This document shows positions 1 to 13,533 of a stretch of 64,000 nucleotides of DNA, piece by piece. The stretch is from Hyphochytrium catenoides (Eukaryota > Protista > Hyphochytriomycota), in contig FLMG01000914.1 of NCBI GenBank assembly GCA_900088475.1, positions 21,399 to 85,398 on the forward strand. The letters are read 5' to 3'. Positions within the stretch are counted from its first letter, which is position 1; every line of letters begins with the position of its first letter. Position numbers and translations under genes: made by a program. The notes beneath the pieces were generated by a model. It was not told where the DNA came from and made no database searches. It saw nothing but the letters and a program-made list of their open reading frames with translations.

Positions 1-1805
1 TCGTATCATGGCAAGAAATTCTGAGGAGGGTCTTCCAAAAGCTTCATTGCTAGACCTTATTTGCTTTCATGCTCTTAAGAAAGAGCTCTGTCTCTTCTCC
101 TTCATCTCTATATCTCGTGTCGTTGCCTCTCTCGCATCACTTTATCGCTCTGGCTAGACCCGAATGGCACTCTATGTCCTTAACGATTGCCTTCGCGGGG
201 ACCCGTGGATGTGCATGGGACAGCGAGATCGTTGGCTATTCCTCCAGTACATAACTTTGAAGCATTAGCTGTTGATTGCTGATGATGACGAGTTTGATAA
301 GTAGAGGGAACACTTCGTCAGTCACGCTACGTCTCCATTAGAATGGATGTCTGCGCGTCCATGGTGGCCCTTCGCCAGCGAAGAAAGACTGAGGAGTATC
401 ATAGATTCTCAGCCGATACATCCAGATGAAGCGAAAACCCCTAAGCACTGGAGGTTTTGGGCCAAGGCAGAGCCCTAGCTAGAGACGTCTACGCTGAGTG
501 AACACTTTTTCCGAGAACAACTTCCCCTGCATGCGCCAGAAGAGGGACTTCCGTTCACAGGCACCACTGAACACAATGAAGTAAAACTGTTAACGCGAGG
601 AAGATGGGATTACCTCTAAGATCCGAGCGAGGAGATTATATCTCTTTCACCTATCATCGCAAGCATCAGCCATCACCCAGCACGACAGAGACCAAGCTCG
701 TCCCTTGAATGCCCTATGCTCTCCCGTACACCTAGCATGGCAGGCGCTTGTCAAAAACAGTCAATATACGCCTCTCATCAATAAGAAAAGGCACTGTGGC
801 CGGAAAGTGGAGTGCTTCACACGAGAGATCCAGAGACGGAGCTCGTGTGAGGCACAACATTGCCAGAGATTCTCTATTGCAAAACTCTTTTGCCCCGGTC
901 TTCGGTCTTCGAAATCAGGAAAGAGATCAGAAGCACGATTTTACTTTGCGGATCCCAAGTATAGTAAGTACAGTGGTTAGCGCAGACTTGCACGATTCTA
1001 TACTTAGCGGCGATCATTATATTTAGTCAGAGTTTCTCCTGTAGAAATACTTGCCCGCCGCGAGGGGTACCTTGCAAGTATTTGACAGATTTCTCTGTTA
1101 ATTTACGAGGAAGGTGGTTGTGTAGTAAACACAAAAGACAGGCCTCGTTTTTACCCTCCCCCTCCCCTCCTCTTTCACTCAGCAAATGTTTGATCAATTC
1201 CCCCATATTTCCCATATGTCAATTTGTGAATTATTGACACCTGAGTTGAAGTTATTTGTCCTCAGTCCGCCGCCCTATTTTGAAGCACAAGAACCAGCAT
1301 CAACCCCCTTCCACATAGAATATCTAGTCAACTCTGTCTTTACTTATTATACATTATTAACAATATCCTAGCTACTCTTCTCCCCTCTGGCTCGTACTCC
1401 TGACTTTGAGCCTCATCTTCCTCGCCTTTTCACACGAAACTTACTTCAAGCTTAGCTCCTATTCGTATGCCGCCCCATGGTCGTTTCAAAGCATTGAGCA
1501 TTGATCTTTAGAGCGTCAGGTCTGTCTATCACCCGATAATTAACCGCCTTAAGGTTGCCTCGTCCGACCTTCCTGATCCTCCTCCACCCAAAGAGAGAGA
1601 GAGAGTCAGTCTGTCTCTCTCTCTCTTTCTCTCTCTTAGCATGGGAGGACTAACATTCAATATGGCGATTTAGGCTCTGTCTTGCCCTTTTCTCCTGTCT
1701 CTCTTACTTTCCCACGCCTAAGAATCGAAGAATCAGATGATGATGAGTCTGTCTTTCTTCTTCATTGCCTCTTTCATCTGAGAGGTAAGAAGCGAAGATG
1801 GCAAT

Positions 1806-1871
<66 letters not shown>

Positions 1872-2041
1872 AAGGTGCGACCTCATGGTAGATACTAACA
1901 CCATAGTGGCTGAAGTTGATCTGGCTTCTTCTTTCTCGTCTTTCTTCTCCTTTGCGTCTCTTGCTTTCATCCCTCGTTCCTCTTCTCTTCTCCTGTCTCC
2001 CTCCTTCCTCGCTCCCTCATCTCTGGCCTTTCTCTCCTCCT

Positions 2042-2108
<67 letters not shown>

Positions 2109-2599
2109 GTTTCAGCTTGGGTGGACTTCTCCTCCCGACCGTACCGCCCGCTCACTTGCTCCTCTTCCTCTTCAGTCCGATGAAGATGTGTCATTCTCTA
2201 GAGCAATGTACAAAGAGAGGGAACACAAAGTCATCCCCGGTTGCTCTGTCTTCATCTTCTCTCTCTCTTCTTCCCTCTCTCAGTCTGACTTCTTCTCCCC
2301 TACTAATCCAGAGCAAAGAGAGAGAGAGACGAGACTCAGAGAAAGAGAGAGAAGAGAGAAGAGAGAAAGAGGGAGAAAGAGAAGCTTGCATTATGAAAAG
2401 CGAACCTATGCAGCAAGCGCAGTAGGGGAAGATTTCGCGCTCTTGCGGGTGTTCCAACTCTAGGAATAGCCGATATTTCCTCTTCACTTTCTTCTCTTCC
2501 TGCGACTTTCATCTTGCCACCAAGAAAGGAGAGCCGCTAAGTAGCAGCTTTTTTTATTGATAGAACAAGAGAGAAAGAGAGAGAGAAAGATAGAGGACG

Positions 2600-3678
2600 A
2601 TGGCTGAGATACTCATCTCTGCAGCTCCTCCCACGCGTTGGCGTGAGCCTTTCAACAACACGAAGAAAAGGACAATCGCGCGGCCGCTGCAGAAGCCTTC
2701 CAAGGCCAAGAGCGAGCGCATCGCGCTTGTGCTGGACCTCGACGAGTGCCTTGTACACAGTTTCCACTTGAAGAACGCCGCCTCATCTCTCTCTCTAAGA
2801 AGCAACGACAACTCTTCTTTCTCTCCTAGCAACTATGCTTCTCCTTCAAGTTCGCCCGCCACGTCGTACAGACAGAGAGAATATCGGCCGGTGCATCTGA
2901 ACGCCTACCTCGATAGCTTCACAGTGGTGACAGAGCTGGGAGACACCTTCAGAGTGAACAAGCGGCCGGGGCTCGACTCCTTCCTGCGCATTGCTGTGCA
3001 TTTCTTTGATCTCTATGTCTTCTCTGCCGCCCAGGAGACGTATGTTAGGCCAGTTATAAAGCAGCTGGTATGTGTGTCGCCTCATTCTCTCTCTCTTCAT
3101 TCTTCTCCTCTGTCTCTCGCTTCGTTCCTGCGCCTCTCTCTCCGTAGGCCATCTATGGATCATCTCCCTCTCTCTCTCAGTGGTGACAGCCTGCTCTCTC
3201 TTTCCCTTCTTCTGTTCTTACGACCACGCACTCTCTATTGACAATGGGCCTGACCATAGACGCTCTCTTTCCCTCTCTCTCTCTTTAGGATCCGCAAGGC
3301 AAAATCTTCAAAGGAGTATTCTTCCGTCAGCACTGCGTTCCTTCCCAGCGCGGCGCTTTCATGAAGAATCTTGAGCTAGTTCGGCCCAATCTCTCCCGCG
3401 TCGTCCTGGTAGATAATAACCCAGCCTCGGTCGTCCTGCAGCCTCGCAACGCCATCCCTGTCTCTTCTTTCTTTGACGATGACAGAGACAGAGAGCTGCA
3501 GTGCGTGCTAGACGTGCTGATGAAGCTGAGAGAGGAAGAAGACGTGAGAGAGGCGCTTCACGCGATGTTCAAGCTGGAGAACAAGCTTAGCAAGTATAGG
3601 GAAGAGCTTATTCATCGTGAGCAGCGGAGTGTCATCAAGAGATTCGTCGAGAAGATGAAGAAGATGGCAGCCAGTTAG
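2600..3678 (+). CDS. CTD small phosphatase-like (SCP/FCP1, NIF domain, HAD family), 2 exons (2600-3067, 3289-3678)
   Basis: LVLDLDECLVHS catalytic motif, VNKRPGLDSFL, DPQGKIFKGVFFRQHC, LVDNNP, NAIPVSSFFDDDRDREL. A phase-0 GT..AG intron (3068-3288) joins the two ORFs in frame. Confidence 0.93.
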
Positions 3679-3934
3679 TCGCTATCATATCGAGAGAGAG
3701 AGAGAGAGGGTCGCTTCTCTTGCACTCAGCATGAGCGCAGGGGAAGACAAAGACAGCTATCGGCGGGCAGCGCCCACTATTTCTCTATATTTATTCGGTG
3801 CCTGGGGCAGCGGGTATGGCAGGAGGAAACGTCAAGAGCGGCGCTGCTGATGAAGGAGATGCGCAGATCGTCACAGAGAGAGTGAGAAAAAGAGAAACAG
3901 AGAGAGAGAGAGAGAGAGATCCAGACTCCTCCTC

Positions 3935-5671
3935 TCATTTCAGCTGGCTTAGGACGTACTCTACAGCTTCTTCTGCTGTACTGGCCTGCAGCAGCATGTA
4001 TTTATTAGACAAAAGGCGAGCAAGAGCAAGGGAAGGATTTGTGAGAGTAGATAGAGAAAGAAAGCTACAGCCTATAGGAAAGGGGAGAAAGAGAGAGAAG
4101 GAGAGGAGATCATGCAGCAGCGACTAATTACTTCGTATATAATATGCAGTGAATGGCACGGCAAAGAGGCAACTAGATATATAAGTGGGAAATAACCCCT
4201 CACGAGCGGAGAGGGAAAGAGAGAGAGAGAGAGAAGGAGGACATAAGCTCTTCAATTTTATAAATGGGACAAGATAATAAACCCTCTTGCCCTTACATTC
4301 GCCTGATGCAAAGCGGCCTCACCTGTCTCATCCGCGTGTCAAAGGCCCAAGAGTCAATGCAAGCTAGCGGCTTGTCCTTGAAGAGCGCAAGAGAGACTTC
4401 TGCCAGCGTGTGCAGATCTCCTCCAATGGCGATGATGGCGGCGCAGCTGTTGCAGAGAATGGTCTGCGAGGCTGTTCCCATGCCTGCGGACAGGAAGAAA
4501 GTTTGATTCCGGACGCCTGCTCTCCTCCTTCTCTCTTTTATCATCTCCAGGTTACTTCCTCTGTCTTCGGGTCTCTCCTAGTATCTCCCACGCATCATCG
4601 CTATGACGCTTACCGCTCGATCCCTTATACGCTCTTCCTTCTTCCCCGCCTCCCCCAACTGTAACTCTCTCTCTCTCTCTCTCTCTCTTTTTTTCTTTCT
4701 TTCTTTTCCTCTCGCTCTCTTTTCTCCCTGCCTCCTATCCTCTCGCGCTCCCCTGTGACCCTACCCTCTTGTTCTCTTTCTCTCTCTCTGTCTCTCTCTC
4801 TTCCTTTATCTCTGTCTCTGTCTCATCATCCCCTATTGCTTTTCTCTCGCTCTCACCGTCTTAAACATCTTTCTTTCTCTTCTCCTTCGCATGGAATGTT
4901 ACCTGTGGCTATGGCATACTCAACATAAGGGTTGGCGTGGTGCCGGTTATCTGAAGAGAGAACTGCGAGAGTGTGACCTCCTGCTTCTTTTCCTCCCTTT
5001 GACGCCGCCTAACCGTCCTTTTAGTTTCCTCTATAGAATGAAACAGAGAGAGAGAGAGCCAGAGAGAGAGAGAGAGAGTGAAAGAGAGAGAGAGTGTGCA
5101 GTTCTTACCTCCATCACGCCGCTGCGCCCGTCTGTCACCACGCAGCAGCCGCTCTTGGCCAGTAGGGCTCCTACCTGCACCGCGATCTCATAAAGTCGCT
5201 GAAGAGAAGAGCTCGATGAGACAGGGAGTGTTTTCCTTCTCCTGAGTACCAGCCTCTTTCCCCGCTCCTCGTCTTTCTCTCTCTCTCTCTCTCCCTCTGT
5301 CTCTCTCCCCTCTAGGTTTTCTTGTCGTCCTGAAATCTCGCGTGATCTTAAACCATCTTGTTCTCTGCTAGCGCTTATGTTTCTTCTTCTCTTTACCGTC
5401 CTGGTAGAAAGACTTTAACTTTATTGCCAAGAGCTTGGTGTGTCTCAATATCACATTCTCCGTCTTTCCTTTGTCTGTCTCTCCCTCTCTCATTCTTTTT
5501 GCTTCGAACTATCGTGATTTCCCTTGTCCTCTTCTTACCTCCTCACAATCCTCCGAGCCGACCACGCCTATCATTTTCTGTTGAAGATTTCTTCTCGCGA
5601 TTTTCCGTCTTCCTCTGGGTCGAGGTGTCCGACCAGTCTCGGCATCGTTCAACCCTACGGAGGCCTTTGTT

Positions 5672-5718
<47 letters not shown>

Positions 5719-5966
5719 CAGAGGGAATAAAAGAAAGAAGAGGGAGAGAAAGGAAGAGATTGCAAGAGATAGGGTGAGGAGGGTAAACTTCAACTATGCG
5801 AGAGCTTAGGGGAGAAGAACAACGTACGAAACTGACAAGAGAGAGAGAGAGAGAGAGAGACTCAGACCTGATGGATACAAGCGCCCTTGACGATCACCTG
5901 CAACGGAAAGGGATGACCAGGCACATAGTCGCGGAACAGCCCTAAGAAGTCATAGCCATGAGGCAT
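3935..5966 (-). CDS. SLOG/LOG-superfamily Rossmann-fold nucleotide-binding protein (TIGR00725-like), multi-exon
   Basis: Exons 5664-5539, 5198-5109, 5008-4903, 4483-4323 and 3985-3935 splice in phase to ...KMIGVVGSEDCEE|RLYEIAVQVGALLAKSGCCVVTDGRSGVME|AASKGGKEAGGHTLAVL..ANPYVEYAIATG|MGTASQTILCNSCAAIIAIGGDLHTLAEVSLALFKDKPL..|ASTAEEAVEYVLSQLK*. The 5' exon(s) and start are uncertain. Confidence 0.85.
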
Positions 5967-6379
5967 CACTCGTGAGACGCTCTATCTACGACACAGAGAA
6001 AGACATGAACCTCACTCACTCCTGGAGCTTCATAAATGGCTCTATGTTTCTCCCTTTATCGCCTTTCTTTCTCTCTCTCTCTTTCCCGTCCTCCTTTCGC
6101 TCTCTCTTTCGCTTGCACTGCCTTCAAATCTCTCTCTTTCTCTCTCATACCCAGTCGTTTTCTATCCCCTTTCTCTCTTCTCGCCCATTGGGTTTCTCTA
6201 CATGTATAGCCCTCCTTCCTGCCTGTGTCCTTCAAAAGTCTCAGTCATGTCTGGAAAACAGTCATCTCCCTCCTCTCTCTCTTTCTCTCTCTCTCTCTCT
6301 NNNNNNNNNNNNNNNNNNNNNNNNNNNNNNNNNNNNNNNNNNNNNNNNNNNNNNNNNNNNNNNNNNNNNNNNNNNNNCT

Positions 6380-7641
6380 TTCCCCCCAACCCCTCTCTCT
6401 CTCTCTTCCCCCTCCACCCAACCCTTTCTCTCTCCATCAGCTGTCGCGCAGTACTTGCCTCCAATGTAGAGCTTGGTTGGACATCCATCGTGGCAGAAAG
6501 CGATCTTATAGAAATCTAGCTCCGTGAAGCCCTTCTTACTCTTCTTCCGAGAGGGAAGGGCGCTTTCCGCCGTAGGAGACAGCTGCAAGGCGGTCGTCAA
6601 ACCCACTCTCCATCGCCGATTCTCTGTCTCTCTCTCTCTCTTTTCCATGTCTCTCTCCCTCTCTCTCTCTCTTTCATTCTCTCTCTCCCTGTGGACTCTT
6701 CTCTCATCCTCCGAGAGCTGCCGTACCAGTGAGTTGACTTGCCTCACGAACTGGTCTTTGAACTTCAAATGAATGTGTGGCGGCAACTTCCCGCTCTGCT
6801 GGAGCAAAGACCGAAGGAATGCTGCCACTGTGCGCGAAGAGGAAGAGTGAGAGCTGCCCGGCTGTCCATCCTGAAAGGGAGACAGGCGTCAACAAAGAGA
6901 GAGAGAGAGAGAGAGAGAGGAGATACATACTGAAGGATAAAGAGGAGAGAGGAGTGGAAAAGAGGGAAGAGAAACCTGGACAAAGAGAGAGAGAGAGAGA
7001 GTGGAGAGAGAGAGAGAGAGAGAGAGAAAGAAAGAAAAGAGTAACCGTAGAGACAAGGGCGACTGTAGCTCTTTGGCCCTGGTTCCACTTCTCTGCATCT
7101 CCTGAGGTCCCTGCATTTCCCTTTACTTTCGTCCCATTTTCCTTTCATTCTCTATCACAGTGTCTCTCTCTCTCTCCCTCTCTCTTCCTCTCTCTCCTCT
7201 CCTCTCTCCGTGCTCTCTCTCCTCTCCTCTCTCCGTGCTTTCCACACACACACAGATTCTCCCCCTCTTCCGTGCTGTCGTCCTCTCTCTCACCTGGATA
7301 TGCGCTGAATGGTCAGCAAACTTGACGTTATGAAAGTCAAAGATCCTCGTGATGTCCTCTGGCGCCACCGGGAGAGAGAAGTCGCCCACTGAGCGGAAGT
7401 AGACCAAGCTGCCCACGACGCGCTCCACATACTGACGGGGGAAGACCTCCTCCTCTCTCTCCTCTCCTCTCTCTTCCCCTCTCTCTTCGTCTCCGTCTTT
7501 CTCTCCTTCTCCTGCCGCTCCTGCTCCGTGGTCTCCTAGGAGAACTGACTCTCCTGCCTGATCTTCAGGAGGGAGGGCAACCTCTCCGAGGTCCTGATGT
7601 TGATTCTGTTGCTCATGGGAAGAGAGAGCGGTCGCCGACAT
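6380..7641 (-). CDS. Hypothetical coding exons, possibly the N-terminal part of the SLOG gene
   Basis: MSATALSS..RIFDFHNVKFADHSAHIQ ends at a GTGAG donor. A phase-0 acceptor near 6871 gives DGQPG..VAAFLRSLLQQSGKLPPHIHLKFKDQFVRQV, which runs into an N-gap. No family recognised. Confidence 0.45.
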
Positions 7642-8786
7642 AGTCCTTTCCTCTCTCTCTTCCTCTCTTTCTCTCCCTGCCCTCTCTCTCGGTTTTCTCT
7701 CTCCTTCTCTCTCTCTCTCTCGCATTCACTACATCTCAACGTCTGAATGCTCTAGATGTAAATTGAAAACGAGAGGAGAGAAAGACGTAGACTCTCTCAC
7801 TCTTCATCGCTTTTCTCTTCTTCTCTCTCTCTCTCTAACACACTCTCTCTCTAACACTCTCTCTCTCTCTTTCTCTTTCACTTCTCTCCGTCTCTACTTT
7901 CGTTATCTTCTAGCCAGTAAAGACGCACAACGAGCTGCGTGCAGTGAGAAGGCGAGCCAATGGAGGAACAGAGAGAAGAGAGACTCCTACGCTGACGTGA
8001 CAGATGTTGCTTCTTCGCCGAAGAGAGACAAGAGGAGGGACAGGTAGATGATGGAGGTTGGAGAGTGATTGTATGCAGGGTTTCAATGAGGACAGAGAGG
8101 CAGAGGCAGAGGGAGGAGGGGAGAGAGAGAAAGAGAGGGAAAGAGAGTGGGAGAGAGAGAGAGAGAGAGAATGAGAGAGAGAGAGAGAGAGAAAGAGATT
8201 GATGCGAGAAGAAGACGCCGTATCCTTTCACTGATATCGATAAGGCCGTTAGCAGCTGTATGAAGGTGAGTCACACGAAGACTTTCATGAGACAGAGCGC
8301 TCTAATGTCCGCCTTAATATTAAATGTCAGACGATAGAGACAGCGACAGACAATGAGAGACAGAGAGGGAGAGAGACACAGAAAGAGAGAGGGACAGAGA
8401 CAGAGAGGGACAGAGACAGAGAGAAAGAGAGAGAAGCGAGAGAGTGAGAGAAAGAGACAGAATCAGAAGAGAAAGTAGCGAGAGAGAGAAGCCAGAGAAC
8501 AGAGACAGATAGGGAAAGGGAGAGAGAGGTGCCAAGTTAAGAAAGAGTTGGGAGAGAGACACGAGAGAAAGAGCGTGAAGCTGAGAAGTGATGGCCAAGC
8601 TGTTCGTACGTAGGAAGAACGAGAACAACTTCTGACGCCTGGAGCTGACGAAGAGACAAGGAAGACATTGACATCTCGTGAGAGAGAAGAGAGACATTTC
8701 GAGGAGAAGAGAGTGGCAGAGAGAGAGAGAGAGAGAGATCTGACTAGAAGGCAAGCCTGGTGGCAAGCTCTCTCCTTTGGCGTCTG

Positions 8787-9412
8787 ATGGAGGGCGCCGA
8801 AGGAGGAGAGCGGCCGTCGCTGGTCTCGAATGGTCTCAGTGAAGCTGCAGGGCGCAGTGCTGGGGAAGGGACCAGTAGGAGGACGCCAGGGAAGAAGAGA
8901 GAGAGAGAAAAAGACGTGGCACAGGCGAATTTAATGGGAACAGACAGGTTTGAAGAGACTCTCTCTGTTTCCCACTCTCCTCTTCTACATGTCTCTTCCT
9001 TTCCCTTGTGTCGCGCGTTCGTCTGTCTCTGTCTCTTTCTTTTCCTCTCTCTCTTTCTCTCTCTTTCCCTCTGTCTCTCCCTCCCTCTCTCTCTCTCTCT
9101 GTTCTCTTTCTCTTGTCTCTTTCTTCTCTCTCTCTCTGTTTCTCAGAACTGGGTAGTTGAGATGATGAGCCATAGAAATTTCTCTCTCTATTTCTCTCTC
9201 TCATTCGCTCTCTCCTCTCTGGTTAATGTTCCTCCTCATGATGTTTTCCTCGCAGGTTCTTGAACGATGGATCCTACGCGCCCATTCTCGAGTCCTCAGC
9301 CGTCCCTAAGGTATCGCCCTGAGCTTTGACCGGATGACATAGAGAGAGAAAGAGATAGCGTGTGTGTGTGGAAGAGGATAAGGGGGAGGACACGAAAGAA
9401 TAGAGACAGACC

Positions 9413-9443
<31 letters not shown>

Positions 9444-10497
9444 AAGAAAGAGGCTAGTATAAAAGTTGAAGAGAGAGAAAGACTTTTCGGCAGTCGCTAA
9501 AGGGACATTTTTGGTCTGTCTTCGTAACATCCCCTACCTTGTGCGTCTCTCTCTCTCTCTTCTCTCTCTTCCTCTCTCTTTTTCATCTTCTCTCTCTTGC
9601 TCTCTCTTCGTCCTTCTTCTACATTGGCAGGTCTATGAGGCTGAAGGTGCCCTCCCTTGCTCGTTGGTCCCCATCTTCCTGGACCTGGTACTGGACTCTA
9701 CACGGTTAATAGATCACTTCTCCTGGAACCGGTTAGTCGCCCCTTTCTCTCTCTCTCTCTCTTTCCTTCTCTCTCTCTCCCTCTCTCTCTCTTCTCTTTC
9801 TCTCAAAATGTCTCTCGGGCGTGCACTCCTCCCTATCGGTTGCTCTGTCGCCGCCTGTCTCTGTCGACATTTTTCTCTCTCTTCGTCTCTCTGTCTCTCT
9901 ATCTCTTCGCCTCTCCTGACCCTATCCCTCTCCCTTCCCCCCGGCCATTTACTGTCTGCATCTCTCCTGGCCAGCCATGAGCGGCACATGACTCCGGAGA
10001 AGTTTGCTGCAGGTTTGGTTGATGATCTGAATGTCTCTCCCAAGTTCATTCCTCGGATCGCAGAAGAGATCAGACGCCAGGTGGCGGCAGCAGAGAAAGA
10101 AATCGAGGTAAAAGTTCTGCTTTTTTTCTTTCTCTCTCTCTCTCTCTCTCTCTCTCATTCACTCTCGCCCTCTCTCTTCCTCTCTCCTCTCTTTCTCCCT
10201 TTTCTTTCTTTCTCTCTCCCTTCCTTCTCTTCTCCCGCTTCCTTTTCGCTCGCAAACATTGAGCGTTCGTGTTCTCTCCTTTCTCTCTCTCCCATGACCT
10301 GGAAGTACGCGGCAAGTGTTGGGTCTGGGATAGGAGGCCTGCATCCCATTCGCCTGAACCTGCGCGTCAAGGACACAATTCTCATAGATCAGTTTGAGGT
10401 CAGGCTTTCAGCGTAATGATGGCTAAAACGAGAAGGGGAGACCAAGAGAAAGAGAAGGAAAGAGAGAGAGGGAGAGAGAGACACGCACACAGAGGCA

Positions 10498-10531
<34 letters not shown>

Positions 10532-11965
10532 CAAGGAAAAGCAGATAGTAAACGGATGTAGGGCTAGGCAGGCAAGGAGAGACGGCGTGTATCCGCGCGC
10601 AAACGGGACGAGAGCACTGATCAGACAGAGACTTTTCTGAGAAAGGGATTTTTCTGAGGAAGGGGAGAGACAGAGAAGCCAGGAGAAAGGAAGGAGAGAA
10701 GATAGAAAGAGATACGCAAGGACGTTGATGGAGAGAGACCGTGAGGAGAGAAGACGAGCCATTTCTCACGTCTCTTTCCAATGCCCAGTGGGACTTGTCC
10801 AATCCCAGTAGAGATCCAGAGCGATTCGCAAGTGGAATGTGTAGAGACTTGGTAAGGTTCCGCTTTTTCTCTCTCTCTCTCTCTCTCTCTGAGGTTAAAA
10901 AAGCTACACTTCTAAAAGTACTACTAACTCATTTCACTCTTCTGACTCTTGCACTTTCTCTCTCACTTTCCTTGTCCGTCGCCCTTCAGGGACTGAGCAC
11001 GGAGTGGGAGGCCGCCATCGCCGCAGCGATAAGGGAGCAAGAGCTCTGGTATTTGAAGGTATGTGGACGATGCTCAGCTAGCTGAAGCCCTTCATCTCTT
11101 ACCTTCAGCCATCTGTCTCTCCCTGCCTCTCTCTCTATGTCTCTCCCTGCGCCTCTCTCTCCTTCTGTCTCTCACTTTCTCTTTCTCTCTCCTCCCTCTC
11201 TTCTTGGTCTCCCACTTCCCACTTCTCAAGTTCGTTGCTCTCTCTGTATCTGTGTGTGTCTCTCTCCTCTCTCTCTCTCTCTCTCTTTTCTCACCTTACG
11301 TCGCTTCCCGTCGTGTGCATTTCCCTTTCTTCCTGCCTGGCGTCAAAGGCTCGCAGACTAGGAGTTAAAAATGTCTCGCGCCTACCTCCCGTCAAGCCTG
11401 AGGTAAGAATCTTTCTTTCTCTCTCTCTCCCTCTCTCTCTTCCATCGTTAACGTTGCCCGCCTCTTTCTAACTTTTCGCAGAATGTCTTTAGAGACTTGA
11501 AGCAGGCCCGGCGGTGGAGCCCACACCTTCACTATCTAAATAGAGGAGAACTGGTCGCAGCGGAGAGAGAGCTGGTATTCATTTCTCTTCGCTCTGTCTC
11601 TTCCGCCATCTCTCTCCTGCTGCTCTCGTCACTACTCCTCACGTGCCGCGTCTTCTTACACCACTTCTTGGTCTCAGATTGTGCCCGGCGCTGCCTCGCA
11701 CGCGCCAAAAGGTTCTCCGGGTCCGTCCGCCTCTCCTTTGGGCGGATCTTATAGCCCTGCCGCCTCTCGGACCGCCTCTCCTAAGAAGAAGAAGTATCCC
11801 GCAGCCTTCAAACCTGTTAACTCTTTCCTACTCTTCAGCAGGTCAGTTCCCATGGTCGCCTCCATATCTTTCTCTCCCGTTGTCTCTCTTATCTTTTACC
11901 GTCCGGAGTGCTTCTGGCCTTTCAGAATGCTCCTGTTGAACTGTTAGTAAGGGAACTTGCAGAGG

Positions 11966-12015
<50 letters not shown>

Positions 12016-12411
12016 TCTGTCTCTCTCTCTCTCTCTCTGGCAGAGCGTATATCCTTGACAATGCTAGGGTTTGACCGCTGTCTCTTTATGATCGCTACTA
12101 GCGATGTGCGGCCCCAGGTTCTCGCTCTAAACCCGAACACGAATGTCAAAGAGATCTCACGAATCGTAAGCGAAAGATGGAAGGCGGCCGGAGAGGAAGA
12201 GCGATCCAGGTAGAAGAGTCTTCTCCATGCTCTCTCTCCTGTCCATTCTTCTCTCTCTCCACCCCATCCTTCTCTTTTTGTCTGTCTTGGCTGGTTGGGC
12301 TTCTGGCTCATGTCGGGCGGCTTACTCTCTAGGTACCAAGCCCTCGCTATGGCTGAGAACAAGAAGCGATTGCATGAGGTGCAGAGTCAGGCAGAGAGTC
12401 AAGGATCGTAA
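8787..12411 (+). CDS. SNF5: SNF5/SMARCB1 (INI1)-like SWI/SNF subunit with a C-terminal HMG box, about 12 exons
   Basis: Repeat 1: LVPIFLDLVLDSTRLIDHFSWN..MTPEKFAAGLVDDL..IAEEIRRQV. Repeat 2: HPIRLNLRVKDTILIDQFE|WDLSNPSRDPERFASGMCRDL|GLSTEWEAAIAAAIREQ, then WSPHLHYL. HMG box: KPVNSFLLFS|DVRPQVLALNPNTNVKEISRIVSERWKAAGEEERSR|YQALA. Start codon uncertain. Confidence 0.88.
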
Positions 12412-12649
12412 GGAGGAACAACTCCTCGTAGCAGCCGCTCTTTTCCTTCTACATCTCGAGGTCAGCAGGGAGAAGATGGAAGCATAAAGGCATAGAATCG
12501 GACCGGAGCAGCAGAAAATATGGAGTGGGGCAAGTCCCTGATAGTCTGTGGTCAACTGGTATCTCTCACCCCAGCGCTTGGCTGCTCTAACAGCAGCCGC
12601 GCTGGTTGTCAAACGCCTCATCTGGGATGAAGACTCTAGTAAGAGAGAC

Positions 12650-12692
<43 letters not shown>

Positions 12693-13533
12693 ATGGATGA
12701 AAGGGTTATAGGCTCTTCTCGCCAACCCCTGCGGGTACGGATCTCATATCCCCTCTTCTTCTCCGAGGCCTGTACTAAGTACAGTTGGAGAAGTCGTCTC
12801 GTGGTCAGTCATTGGAAATGTGATTAGTTGGCCTCCCTGCTTAGAGGCTAATAAAAGAGCGCTCTCGTCCTCTATCTCCTGTCGCCAACGACCCCTGCTA
12901 TTGCTATTCAGATCCACAGCCACCTGACCCGATAGCCAGCCTCTAAGCCAACGGCCCTGTACTTCGTATCCACGTTTGCTGAGCCTCTCACTTCGCCTGT
13001 GAAGACCGCCAGGAACGTTAGTAGAGCGAAGAAGGTGACAGTGTCCGCCCATTGGCCGATTCTCCAGTTGAGAGCCGAGAAGCCGAGAGCCATCATCGGC
13101 AATGTCGTGCCTTTTCGGAGATTTATTTTCTCAATGACAGAGCTCAATCCCCAGCATTCAGAGTTCTGAAGTTAAGCCGCTAACGGACATCCTCGGCCGC
13201 TTGGCGCGCGTTGCGTGGGTTTTTGAATTATGGGAAGGACAGAGCGTGACAGTCGCTGTTCCAGGCGTTCTGAGGACCATGCAGAGACCTCCAGTTCTTA
13301 TTGAGGCTGCTGCTCTGTCGCAGTGTATGTCTATAGTCTATAGGTCAGTGCTATGCGCCGGTCCAAGGGACATCGAGGCAGCAGACTTGATGGGCGCAGG
13401 TTAGGAGGGTAGACACCGCGGGCTGTGCATCCCCCGCGCCCTGCTTCCCATGTTACGAAGAGAAGCTTTCTGAAGATTCGACAGGCAAACTGAGGCTCCC
13501 TCAATAGGAAGGGGAAGCGTAACAGTTCTGGTG

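Noticed and set aside
1-1500. Coding-like fragments (e.g. EWMSARPWWPF..HWRFWAK) suggesting a TE
   Set aside because: Interrupted by stops, with no recognisable RT, integrase or transposase motif or termini.
1704-2487. Many ORFs rich in SLSL/ERER here and throughout the window
   Set aside because: Translations of (CT)n/(AG)n tracts, which lack stop codons; no domain signal.
12560-13147. Minus-strand signal-peptide-like ORF (MMALGFSALNW..) with a possible last exon ending NQRGCC*
   Set aside because: Could not build a consistent spliced model or assign a family; may be a small real gene.
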